Source: Cyanophora paradoxa CCMP329 (Eukaryota > Plantae > Glaucophyta). From it: a stretch of 64,000 nt of DNA. The notes beneath the pieces are model-generated. The model worked only from the letters and a program-made list of their open reading frames with translations, ran no database searches and was not told the DNA's origin. How positions within the stretch are numbered: the stretch's first letter is position 1; each line of letters opens with the position of its first letter. Both the position numbers and the translations under genes were made by a program. This document shows positions 43,647 through 55,600 of this stretch, in pieces. The stretch lies in the NCBI GenBank assembly GCA_004431415.1, contig QPMI01000542.1:1-64000 (forward strand), written 5' to 3'.

Positions 43647-46600
43647 TTAGAGCGGGGCGGGCAGCGATGAAGAGGGCTCCGGCGGCTGCGGGAGCAGAGA
43701 AGGCTCCAACGGCGGGGCGGCGACGGCGGCCAGGCTCGGAGAGGCGACGGCCTGGGGGTACGCCTGCCCCTGGAGGGGTGGCGAGAGGGGCGCAAGGGGC
43801 GGGAGGGCGCGGGGGCGCGGGTTGATGGGCGGGAGGCCGCTTGGGGGGGCGGGCCGGAGGGGAGAGGCGGGGGCCAGCGGGGGTAGGGCCCGCGGGGGCG
43901 TCCCGCCCGCCTGGGCGTACCCCAGGGAGGCCCGCCTGGGGGGTACGGGGTCCAGGGTGGGTACAGGCGGCGGAAGTGGCTGGCGGAGGAGGGCGGCGAG
44001 GGGGGGTACGGATCCCGTGGCGGCGGCGTACGCCCCAAGCATGACGCGGTCCAGTATTGCCGCCTCCACAGAGGGCGTCCCCCCCTCGGGGGGTACGCCG
44101 GCGGTCGCCAGGGAGGACAAGCCTTCCTGGGGTACCGGGGGTTCGGCGTGCAACAGGGGGTACGGGTCGCCGGAGGAAGAGGGGGGCGCCCCCACGGAGG
44201 GGGTAGGGGGGGCCAGGGAGGGGGCACCGGAGGCTGCCCGCATGAACGGCGAGTCCCGGCCGGCCCCCCAAGAGGGGGTACCGACAGGCAAGGGGGAGGG
44301 GGCGATGGTGGTCTGGCCGGCGCCGGAGGAGGGGGTACCGATCGCGACCCCTCGAGTCTCGGCGTGGACGACGAGAGTCGAGGCGGGGCTCCGCTCCGGG
44401 TCCTCAGGTGAGCCCGAGTGCAGACGGGGTACACCCTCCTCCGGGTCCGGGTCCGTGCCGGGTACGCTGTCCCTCCGGAAGGGCCGCCCCGCCCCCCCGG
44501 CCGGCTCCGCCGCGCTCGCCGGCCGCTGCACGCGGCGGCGCCTGAGCCGCTGGGCGAATCGGGGCACTCCCCTGCGCGGGGGTACGCGTGAGTCAAAAAG
44601 AAAAAAAAGAAAGGGGGTACAGGATTACAGTACCTGCCGAAGAGGTGCTCTATGGCGCGCTTCTCGGCGGCGCTCGCGTTCCTGACTAGCGCGCCCGCCG
44701 CCGCCTGAGGAAAGAAAGAGAGTAAGAAGAAGAGGGGAAGTTGGTTGGGCGGGGTACAGGGTTGAATGGTACAGGGGTACGCGCCTGGTGGCGGGGATCG
44801 GGGAGCAGGAGGCTCGGGACCTGCCCGGATCGAATTCGAATTCGAATTCGAATTCGAATTCAAATTTGAATTCAAATCCGGGGGGGTACGCACGACGCGG
44901 CGCCCCTCGGCCACCAGCGCGTCGGCGTGGCTCGCGAGCGACTCCGCCAGCTGCCCCGGGATCGAATCAGATCAGATCAGATCGAACTTTTATCCGATTT
45001 TTGGTGGATCTCTTAGGTGCTGATCTAAGGTGGATGATTGATCCTAGGTGCTGAAACTCAAATTATTCCATCTGATTTCAGGAGGACGTTAGGGAGGGCG
45101 GGGGTGTACCTCGGCGAACTGCTCGCGCTCCGAGGCCGCCGCCGCGCCGCCCTCCTCGCGATCGCCCCCGGCCTCTGCAAAGAAGAAGAAGAAGAAGAAT
45201 AAGGGACGAGCTAAGTAAAGGAAAGAATGAAGGAAGAAGGAAGAAAGGGGGGAATGCTGGCGCCCCGCACGCACGCACCGCTCTCGCCGCGGCTGGGGCG
45301 GCGGGCCTGGTCCCGGGCCTGGGCCTCGCGGGCGGGCGCCGGCGCCGGCGCCGGCGCCATCGCGAACCACAGCGCGATGGAGGCCATGGACCTGGCGGGG
45401 CGGGGCGGGGTGGGGCGGGGTGGGGTATACGTAAGACGAGGAAGAGCAGGACAGGACAGAAAACAGGGCCCTCGGGGGCGAGGGGGGGGGGGGGGGGGGA
45501 GGGCCTGCGGGAGAAGCCGGCTCTCCCTTGGGTCGGGATCCTTCAAGATAAAACGCCTAGACGGCCCCTCCCTAGAGATTCTCGGATCGGATCGGATCTG
45601 CGGGGGCGGGGCGGACCTGCGGGAGAAGCCGGCGCGGGGGACCTTCTCGAAGGGCGGGCTCGCCTCGGCCGCCGCCGCCGCCAGCCGGCTGCCCGGGGGA
45701 GAAGGAGACGCGAGTCAGCGGGGGGCGCGCGAGAGAGTGAGGGGCGGGAGAGCGAGGAGGCGCTCTGTAATCTTTCCAAGCCAATTCTAAGACGGACCTG
45801 CCGACGAAGGCGGAGAGGCAGACGAGGAGGAGGAGGAGCTATAAGTTCTAAGCTATCATGCTTAATTGTATCGTACAAGCTATAATCTATAAGCTATAAG
45901 CTATAATATATAAGCTATAAGATATAAGATATAAGATATAAGCTATAAGCTATAAGCTATGAGCCAGAAACTTATTATAAGCTCTCACCTGTCGACGAAG
46001 GCGGAGAGGCAGACGAGGAGGAGGACGAGGACGGCGGCGACGAAGGAGAAGAGCGTGAACCACGTCATCACGTCCTGCACGTACCCCTCCAGCCCTGCGG
46101 GGGGGGGGGGGGGGGGGGGGAAGGCGTGAGCGAGCGAGCGAGCGAGTGCGTGGGACGCCGCTCTCTCGAATCGAATCGAGGCGGGGGCACCGCCGGAGAC
46201 GAGGACGGTCTCCGGAGGAGCAGGGTGTAGAGGGGAGAAGGATCGGTGCGGGTTTCATGTCTATCATGTCTATCAATATCCATCTACGCGCACCGCCGGA
46301 GACGAAGACGGTGGAGGCGAAGAGGATGATCGCGTTCGCCAGGACTGCCCAAGGCCGGCTCAAGAGAAAAGCCTCGGGCCGGGGCGGGGCCGGGGGCGGG
46401 GGGGGGGGGGGGGGGGGCGCACAGGCGATGGAGATGGCGGCGTTGAGGCGGCGCGTGGGGAAGGGCCCGAACGCCACCGTCAGCAGCAGCGAGCCTGCGG
46501 TTGCGGGGGAGGAGGGAGGAAGGGGAGCTCAGGAGAGAACTCGGAGAACTCGGATGAGCGCCAGAGAGAGCAGGAGAGAGCTAGGCCTTTCAGCTTTCAA

Positions 46601-49600
46601 GACGGATGTTTGATTAAAGAGAGCTTAGAGAAGCTTAGAGAAGCAAGGCGTGCTCTTGTGCTTTCGAGCGGGGCGTTGCGCGGGAGCGGGGCGCGGGGGT
46701 CGGAACGCGGGGCGAGCGGACCGACGATAACGAGCATTAAACATGTTAAAGAAGCGGCTAGAGTCTTGCATTCACATATAGTAAAAGAAGCTTCTGGGGG
46801 GCGGGGGCGGGGGCCTGGGGCGGGGGCGGACCGACTACGACGAGCATGGAGAAGTAGGCATTTAACATGTTAAAGAAGCGGCTAGAGCTCTATCGTCTCA
46901 ACCAAGTAACGATAACGATGACATGTTAAAGAAGCGGCTAGAGTTCTTCTATAGGGTGCGGGGGCGGACCGACGATGACGAGCATGGAGAAGTAGGCGCG
47001 GTTGAGGATCGCGTCCCCCGCCGCCCGCGTCTGAGTGAGGACACCAGGGCGGGTGAGAGGCGAGGGGGCGAGGAAGGGGCAGATGCGTAGGCGTGCGCGG
47101 AGAAGGCCGGGGGGAGGAAGGCGAGGGGGCGAGGAGGAGGCAAGGATCTCTGAGGACCGCCGAGGTCTCGCTCGAGGGCAGGGCACATGGCCGGGAGAGC
47201 CCTGGGCGGGGGCCGGGGCGGAGGCTGGCGCGGATCTCTAAGGATCCAAGAATATCTGTCTCTAGCGATCCCAGGGTCTCTCTCTCACCTGGCCGGGGGC
47301 CGGGGCGGAGGCAAAGATTTATCTCTATGGATCCAAGGATATCTATCTCTAAGGGTCCCAGGGTCTCTCTCTCACCTGGCCGGGGGAGCCCTGGGCGGGG
47401 GCCGGGGCGGAGGCGGCGCCGTAGACGTTGATGAGGACGAGGAGGAGCTTGCGCGCCAGCACCAGAACCTGCCCGGCGGGTTTTTTACGGTTTGTATGTG
47501 TTCTTATTGCGTTTGTGTGTGAGGGGCAGAGGTCAGAAGCCGAAGAGCGTTCTATGCGTCGGCAGCACTAGGAGTCGGCATCGAAGGTTCAAGAAGGCTT
47601 CGGGCTTCGGGGCGAGGAGCGGACCGCGAAGCGGGCATCGGCGACCGCGAAGCGGGCATCGGGCATTCTAGTGCAAGATGCTTCTAGCTTTCATTTAGGG
47701 GCGGCATGGGGCTTCAGGGCGCACCTCCCGCCAGGCGCAGCCCGGCCTAAACACTTCTAGCTTGAAGAGCATTGCTTCTAACTTTCTTCTAGATCCTTCT
47801 AGCTTCTAAAACCTTCTAGCCTCTAAACGGGGCTCCTAGATGCTTTTAGACGGACTAGAAGCTAGGATGCTAGAGGGCCTAAGAAGCTGGCATTGCCGCC
47901 CCGCCCTTCTAGCTCCTAGCTCTAATTTAGGGGGCTAAGGCGCGTACCTCCCACCAGGCGCAGCCGGGACGGTAGCGGGCGGTGAGGTACTCGCCCACGT
48001 GCGCCCCGATCGGCGTCCGCGCCCCGTGCGCGTCCTGTCGCACGGCCCCCCGCGTGAGGCGAGGGCGAGGGGGGAGCGACAGCTGCAGGACGAGGCGATC
48101 GGACGAGGAGGCTTTATCCGGTGCCGGGCGGGGCGGGGCTGCCCCCCCTCTCTATGAATCTGGGGCGGGAGGGGCCGAAGGGGCCGCACGTCGAGGGGCG
48201 GGAGGGGCCGCTCTATCTCTATGTATCTAGATCTCCCCCTCTCTACGTATCTGGGGCGGGGCGGGGCGGGGAGGGGGCGGGCCGCACGTCTATAGAGCGG
48301 GGGCTCTGCTCTATGCCGGGCGGGGCGGGGATCTCTGCTCTATCTTCCTGGGCCGGGAGGGGCCGGGGCGCACGTCGAGGGCCGGGGTGGTGGAGCGCCG
48401 CTTCGAGGGCCGCCACTCGTCCTCCGCAAGCTGCCGCGGCGGGGGGGGCCGTCAGATGCGCCCGGGCAAGCTCTAAGCTCTAAGATCTCAAGCTCTAAGG
48501 CGGAACTAAGCTGCCCGCCCCGTCAGATGCGCCCGGGCAAGCCCGCGGCGCCGCGGTTTTGCATCTCATCTAAGGCGAGGCAGGAGGCGAGGCAGGAGTT
48601 GTTCTTGGGGGGCGGGCGGGGCGGGCACGGTGCCGTCGACGCCGCGCCGCGTTCTAGGATTTAAGATCTAATTCCTAAGATCCAGGATCAAGGGCGGGGC
48701 AGGGGGGGGCCGCACGGTGCCGTCGACGACGGAGCCGTCGCGGAGGAGCCGCCCGCTGCCCCCCGGATCCGTCGACTGCACCTGCGCGCGCCACCCGCCA
48801 TAAATAGGGAGTCGGAGAGAGTCCAGGGTGCCGGCTTCAACGGCGGGGCGGGGGGCGTGGGGGTGCGGACGCGGCGGGCGGGGAGGACGACGTCCTAGTC
48901 TAGGGCCTAGACTAGGGCGAGGACTAGGCCCTAGGCCCTAGCTAGGACACAGGCGGGGCGTGGCGGGCGGGGACGGACGCGGCGGGCGGCGAGGACTAGG
49001 CCCCTTGCCCTAGGGCCTAGGGCTAGGACACGGGCGGGGCTGGAGAGCGTGGGGGACGGACGCGGCGGGCGGGGAGTACGGAGCTGGAGAAAGCTACAAA
49101 CAGACTAGGTCTAGCCTAGGTCTAGCCTAGGAGGCGGGGCAGGGCGTGGGGGGCCGAGGCCGGCGTGAGGCGAGGAGAGGGGGGGGGGGGGGGGGGGGGG
49201 GGCGTGGGGGGTAACGGACGCGGCGGGCGGGTAGGACGACAGAGCGGACGACGAGGGCGGCGAGGCCGAGGGGCAGGCCCACCACGTAGCCCCCGATCGC
49301 CACTGCCCGGCGGAGGAGCAGTTAGATCGCCGCTGCGTCGGGGCGGGATCGGAGGCGGGTGTGGGGCTGGGGCGCACGGGCGGCGGCGACGCGGAGCTTG
49401 GGCCACACGGGGTCCTCCATCGAGCTGCCCGAGGCGTGAGGCGAGGCGAGGCGAGGTGGGAGGGGCGCGCGCGGGGGCGGCTCGAGCGACTCGGGCCCAG
49501 TACGTACACCTCTAGCATCGGCTTCACTAGGCCCCTCCGGCCTCATCGGGCCCCCGGACCGCGCGCACCGCAAGACAAAGGGATAGCTCCAAATCTAATC

Positions 49601-52600
49601 CCTCCCGCCCCCGCCCCGCGCCCGGCCCGGACCGCGCGCACCACAAGACGGAGGGCTCGGAGGCGAGGTCTAGTCTAGTCTAGTCTAGTAGACCCGGCCC
49701 CTCCAGTAGGCCCGGCCCCCGCCGCGCGCACCAGAGGACGGAGGGCTCGGAGGCGAGGTCTAGTCTAGTCTAGTCTAGTCTAGTAGACCCGCCCCCTCTA
49801 GTAGACCCGGCCCGGGCCGCGCGCACCAGAGGACGGAGGGCTCGGAGGCGAGGTAGCGGGTGCCGTCGGGGGCCTCCACGCACGCGAACGGCTCCAGCGC
49901 CGTCGAGCACAGCTGGGGGGGGGGAGGGGCGGGGTCAGATGGGGCCGAGGTCGGAGTGGGCTACGGGGGCGCGGGCGCGGGCGCGGTCGGAGGAGGCCCG
50001 CTGCGGAAAATCCAGTAGGCATTCTACCTATTTTCTAGTAGGAAGCGATGCTACATATCCGCTAGCACCCCTTCCCTTCGCCCTAGAGCTAGCAGCGCGG
50101 GGCGGACATGGACTCTAGGGAGGATGGAGACAGCAAATCTAGTCTCTAGATCTGCTCAGCGGCTCTGGTACGAATAAATAATACGTAAGAGCAGCGCGGG
50201 GCACCTGGACGTAGGCGAGGATGAGGAACTGGGCCATGGTGCGCGCGAGCCGCCGCGCCCGCGAGCGCCACTCGGCGCGCCGCTGCTCCGGCGGCTGCAT
50301 CGCCTTCCCGTGGCCCGCCTGCGGGGGGAGGGGAGGGGAGGGGGGGAAGGAGGGTGGGTCAGGGAGAGAGAGCTAACGCAGTCTAATTGTGGCGCCCAAT
50401 CTGAGATAAACATCCGAGCAGATCTAGAGGGCGGGCGGGGCGGGCCTGGGTGAAGAGGGCACGCTTCTATAGGATCCAGCCCAGCCTATTCAAATCTAAT
50501 AAGCGCGCCGCGTCCCCCTTATAATAGCATCCACGATTAACATCCGAGCAGATCTAGAGGAGGGCGGGGCGTGGCGTGGCGCGTCCCTCTAGTAATAGCA
50601 TCCAATCTACGTTCTACGATAGGATCTAATATACGCGTCCCTCTGTCTATGAAGAAAGCTCTTAGCATCCGATCCACGACGAGAACCCGAGCGGAGGAGG
50701 GCGGGGCGGGGCGGACGTGGGTGAAGAGGGCAGCGTGGAAGTAGTCGCGGGCGGCGAGGGCCCCCGCGAAGGCCACACACGCCGCCCCGAACAGGAACGG
50801 GCTGCGCGGTGCAGGAGGGAGCGCCGGCGCGTCAGTCTCGGGACGGGAGCGCCGGGGAGGGAGAGAGAAGGCCCTTAATTTCCTAGGGGTTCGGGGGGCG
50901 GGCGGGCGGGCGGGCGGGTAGCCTAGGCCCCTCCTGAGGACCGTGCGTGTGGGCGGCTCACCTGAGGGCCATGACGCTCCAGCGGATGAGGAGGGCGTTG
51001 CCCCCGAGGTTGCACTCCGGGTGCTGCACGCGCCCGAGAGTCGGAGGGGCGGGGCGGGTAGTAGGGGCGGGGCCGAGTCGGGGAGGGGAGGGGAGGGGAG
51101 GGGCCGAGAGGGAGTCAGAGAGGTTCTTCGACTAAATTAGATGTCGCTCAGTTTAGGTTCTCAGTAGATTCGATTCGATTGGGCGGGGCCGGGGCGGAGG
51201 CGGGGCCGGGGCGGACGAGGAGCTGTAGGTTGAGGGGGCTGGACTTATGTTCTCACTAGATTCGATTATAATTAGAGGAGAATCTACAGCTACTAGACCG
51301 GATCTCTTCGGGCCGGGGCGGGGCGGGGCGGGGCGGGGCGGGGCGGGGCGGGGCCGGGGCAGACGAAGAGTCGGGAGTTATCTATGTTCTCACTAAATTC
51401 AATTATGATTAGATTCACTAGAATCCCTTTGGGGCGGGGCGGGGGGGGGGGGGGGGGGGGGCGGGGGGCGAGGGGGGGGCGGGGCGGGGGGGGGGGGGGG
51501 GGCGCACGAGGAGCTGGAGGTTGAGGTTGGAGAAGGAGAGGGCGGCGAGGAGGTTCCGCACGGGCGCCGGCCACGGCGCCCCCGCCAGGTTGAACACCGC
51601 CATCACTGGGGGGGGGGGGGGGGGGGGGGGCGGGGGAGTCAGGCGAGAGATCTCTCTCTAATCGAATAGGCTGCGAGAGGGGCTCGGCGACGCGCGGGGC
51701 CGGCTCGGAACCTAAGAAGAAGCCAGGTTTCCAACCCGACCCGTTCAAATTCAGCCGGGGGCGCGCGCGGGCCCTGGACGAAGGCGAAGGCCTTCTTCGC
51801 AGGTTGCGCCGCGGGCTAGAGCCCGTCTAAGTGATCGAATCTAGCCCTCCGACCCGACCCATTTCGACCCCAGCGAGCCCGGCGTGGTGGCGGACCCTGG
51901 ACGAAGGCAAAGGCCTCGGTGAGGGTGGTGAGGGTCTCCGAGGGCTTCCGTGCCGAGCTCCGGTAGAGCACCGCGAACAGCGCCACGAACAGCACCGGCA
52001 CCTGCCGCGAGGCGGCGGCGGCGTTAGCTGTGGGTAGGTGGAGCGGAGAGAGTCTGAGACGGCTAGAATTCAGGCCTCTAAGCAGCGTCAAGGCGTCAAG
52101 TGTCGGCGTCAAGTGTACGTAGGTTGGGGTCGTCTGTCTGATGGATGGATGGAGAGGATCCGAGCGGCTAAACGCTAAGAGCAACTCGGGTAACTATCTT
52201 ATACGTGTGGCATCTCGGGAGAAGCGGGGGGAGGGGGGGGGTACCACGATGAAGAGGACGAAGCGCTGGTCGTCCGGGCACTCTGCGGGGAGGGAGGGGG
52301 TACCGGAACCGGGCAGAAGTCAGAGGCCAGACGGGCACGGGGGGAAGAGTCGGCAGGGGGCGGGGCGGGGCGCGCGGTAGCAGCGGCCGGCGAGGCGGTA
52401 GTAGGCGGGGCCCTCCGCCGACGCCTGCCCGCACTCCGCGCACCCCGCGCCCCTGTCCCCGGGCCCCCGGCCCGGTCAGGAGCGTGGACGTGAGAGGCAG
52501 GACTTAGGTGCCCGCTGGCGCAGAGGCATCCCACTTTAATAAGCTTAGAAGCTTAGTAAGCACAAGAGCTTCAACCGTGAAGCTACAGAATCTTGAGCTC

Positions 52601-55600
52601 CAGAAGCTTCAGAAGATAACAGCTTAAGAAGCATTAGCTTTAAAAGGTTTCAAAGAGCTTGGGGCGTCCGAGTTCAGCTTTCGAGGCCTCAGGGGCGGGC
52701 GGGGGCGGGGCCGCACGCGTAGCCGCGGGCGCAGCGGTTAGGGCCGCCGAGGCTTAAAAGGGTTTAAAGAGCTTGGAGCGTCCAAGGTTTTAAAGAGCTT
52801 GGAGGTTTTAAAGAGCTTTGGTTTTTAAAAGATTTAGATTTAGAAACTCAAAGCTCCGGCTTTAGGAGCCTATAGCTTTGGATTGGTTTGGGCGGGCGGG
52901 GGCGCACGCGTAGCCGCGGGCGCAGCGGTTGGGCCCGCCGAGGCAGGCGTCCTAAGCTTTCCTAGAAACCTCTGGCCTCTAGAAATCGGACGGCCTAAGA
53001 ATCTTGAGCTTCAGAAGCTAACAGCTTTAGAAGCTTTAGCTCTAAAAGGCTTAGAAGCTTGGAGCTTTGGGCGGGCGCGGGCGCACGCGTAGCCACGGGC
53101 GCAGCGGTTGGGGCCCCCGAGGCAGGCGTCCGCGGGGATGCAGGGCCGCACCGCCAGCGACCCGGGGTTCGCGCTGCGACCAAAGAAGAAGGACAATCAG
53201 TAATAGTAAGGGGCCTAAGCCTAAGCACTCTATCTCTTCTCTTCTTATTCCCTCTACCATCTTATTCTTCTGGAGGGAGGGGGGTACGCACTCGACGATC
53301 CAGAAGCCCGGGGCGGCGAGGGGCCGCGCGGCGCCGCGGGGGCAGAGGGTGCCCAGGGGGCACGCCACGCACGCCGCCGCCGCCCACGCCGCCGAGGAGG
53401 AGGCGGAGGAGGCGGCGGAGGTGCCGTTACCGAGGGGCGCGCTCTGCCGAGGGAGGGAGGGCCCACCGCGCATCAGCACAGTCAGTCGATCGCGGTCCCT
53501 ATCGATAGATAGATACGTTGATGGAATAGTCGCCACTTTACGATGTGAGAAAGAGCTCTGTAGAGTTCTAGGGGCAGAAGGCGGGGGGCGGGTTGGGAGG
53601 TGTGGAGGTGGTGGGGAGGTGGGGGTGGGGGGGTGGGTGGGTGGGGTGGGGGGTAGTGGGGGCGTCCATGAATTCGAAGCTCGAATTCGAAGTGAGCTAA
53701 TCTCCTAGCTCATCACCGGGCGGGCACGGGCGCTGGAGGGGGAGGGGGGGGGAGGGGGGAGGGGGGTACCCTGGTAGTCGAAGTGGACGGCGTCGTGGTC
53801 GCCGGAGGGTCCCCCGTGGAAGGCCCGCCGCCCGTTCGACACCCGCACCTGCCGCGAAGCTCAGATCAGATCCGATCCGATCCGATCCGATCCGAATCGG
53901 TTGCATCTGATCTGAGCGCTGACCTGGGCCTCGCGGGGCCGCGAGGGCGGCGCCACGCACACGACCTGGCGGGTTGAACCAGATCAGATCAGATCGAATC
54001 AGATTGGATTGGATTGGGTCGGATCGGATCGGGTTGGGTCGGATCAGATTGGATTGGATCGGATTGGATTGGATCGGATCACATCCGATGAGATCGGATC
54101 AGAGCGGATTAGATCGGATTAGATCGGATCGGATTGGATCGATTCGGATGAGATCAGATCAGATCAGGCCGGATCAGATCAGAGCCGATCCACGGCCTCC
54201 TATCTAATCCGGCCCCCTCCGCGCGCACCCTGGAGGGGTCGAGGCCCCTCCTATCTATCTACGGCCCTCGACCCTCCTCCCCTCCTACGGACCCTCCTAT
54301 ATATCGATGGCCCTCGACCCTCCTCTCCTCTTCTTCCACCGCCCCGCCCCGCGCACCGTGAAGGCGTCCACGAGGGTTCCGGGGACGACGGCGACGGGGC
54401 CCGCGGCGGTCGAGAAGGTCCCGTTGGGGCCCAGGTCCGCCGGCGCCAGGATCACCTGCGGGGGCGGGGGGTCACGCCTCAGCCGGGCCTCAGATATCTC
54501 AGATAGAGAAGCTTGGATAGAAGCTTAGATAGCAAGGTCGGGGTTTTTGCACATCGCCTCCGCTAGATGCCGCGGCGCCGCTTCGGCGGGCGGGGCGGGG
54601 GGAGGGGAGGGGCGGGGCGGGACGCAGACGTCGGTGCCGGGGCGCTAGATAGAAGCTTGGATAGATAGATTGTTGCGCTAGATGGGGCGCCTTCTTAGCC
54701 CGGCGCTGAGCCCGGCCCCTTGGCTAAGCTAGACGCCGCGTCACATGCATCCGCTAGACCTCGTAAAGGGAGGGCGGAGGAGGGGCGGGGCGGGGCGCGT
54801 ACGCCGGTGCCGAGGGCGGCGGGGGCGAAGGCGCAGGAGAGGTGCGGCGAGGCCACCAGCTCCCGGGCCCTGCGGGCGGCCACTGTCAGAACTCTTATAG
54901 CTTAATAAGACGGCCTGAACGCTTATTAGTAACTATAGAAAGCGGCCCCGCCGGTTAGTCAGGCCGAACGAGCTTCTTTCGGTGGCGGGCGGCGCGCTCC
55001 GCGCTGCTTCCAAGCGAGCGGGCGGGCGGGCGGGCGGGCGGGCCCCGAAAGCGGGGCCAAGCAAGCTTGACTGACTAGAGTCGGGGCGGGGGGGCGGGCG
55101 GGCGGGGGCGGGGGGCGGGGGCGGGGGGCCGGGCACCGGACGGTGACGGGGAGGCCGCCGCCGGCGGGGACGGCCCGCGGCGAGACAGACTCCACGGCCG
55201 GCGGCACTGCGCGGGCGGGGCAGTCAGCTAGAATCTTACATCTTAAATCTTAAGATCTTAGATCTATAGATCTTCTTCTTCTATAGATCTTAAATTTTAA
55301 TCTATAGGTCTTGAACTTTAAAGCTTTGAGCTTCAAAGACGGACTCTACGGCCGGCGGCACTGCGAGGGCGGCCGGGCGCGGGGCGGGGCGGGGCGGGGC
55401 GGTCAGTAGAGATCTCAAGCTTGGAGCTTTTTCTTCTTCTTCTGAAAGGGCGCGGCGCTGCGACACGGCGCGTCTCTCGCACCGGGGGACGCGCCCAGAT
55501 CTTAAACTTCTATATATATCTTATAGATCTTCTATAGATCTTATAGATCTTGTATAGAGTCCCTTCAGCTTTTTCGGCGCACCGACGGTGATGGGGACCA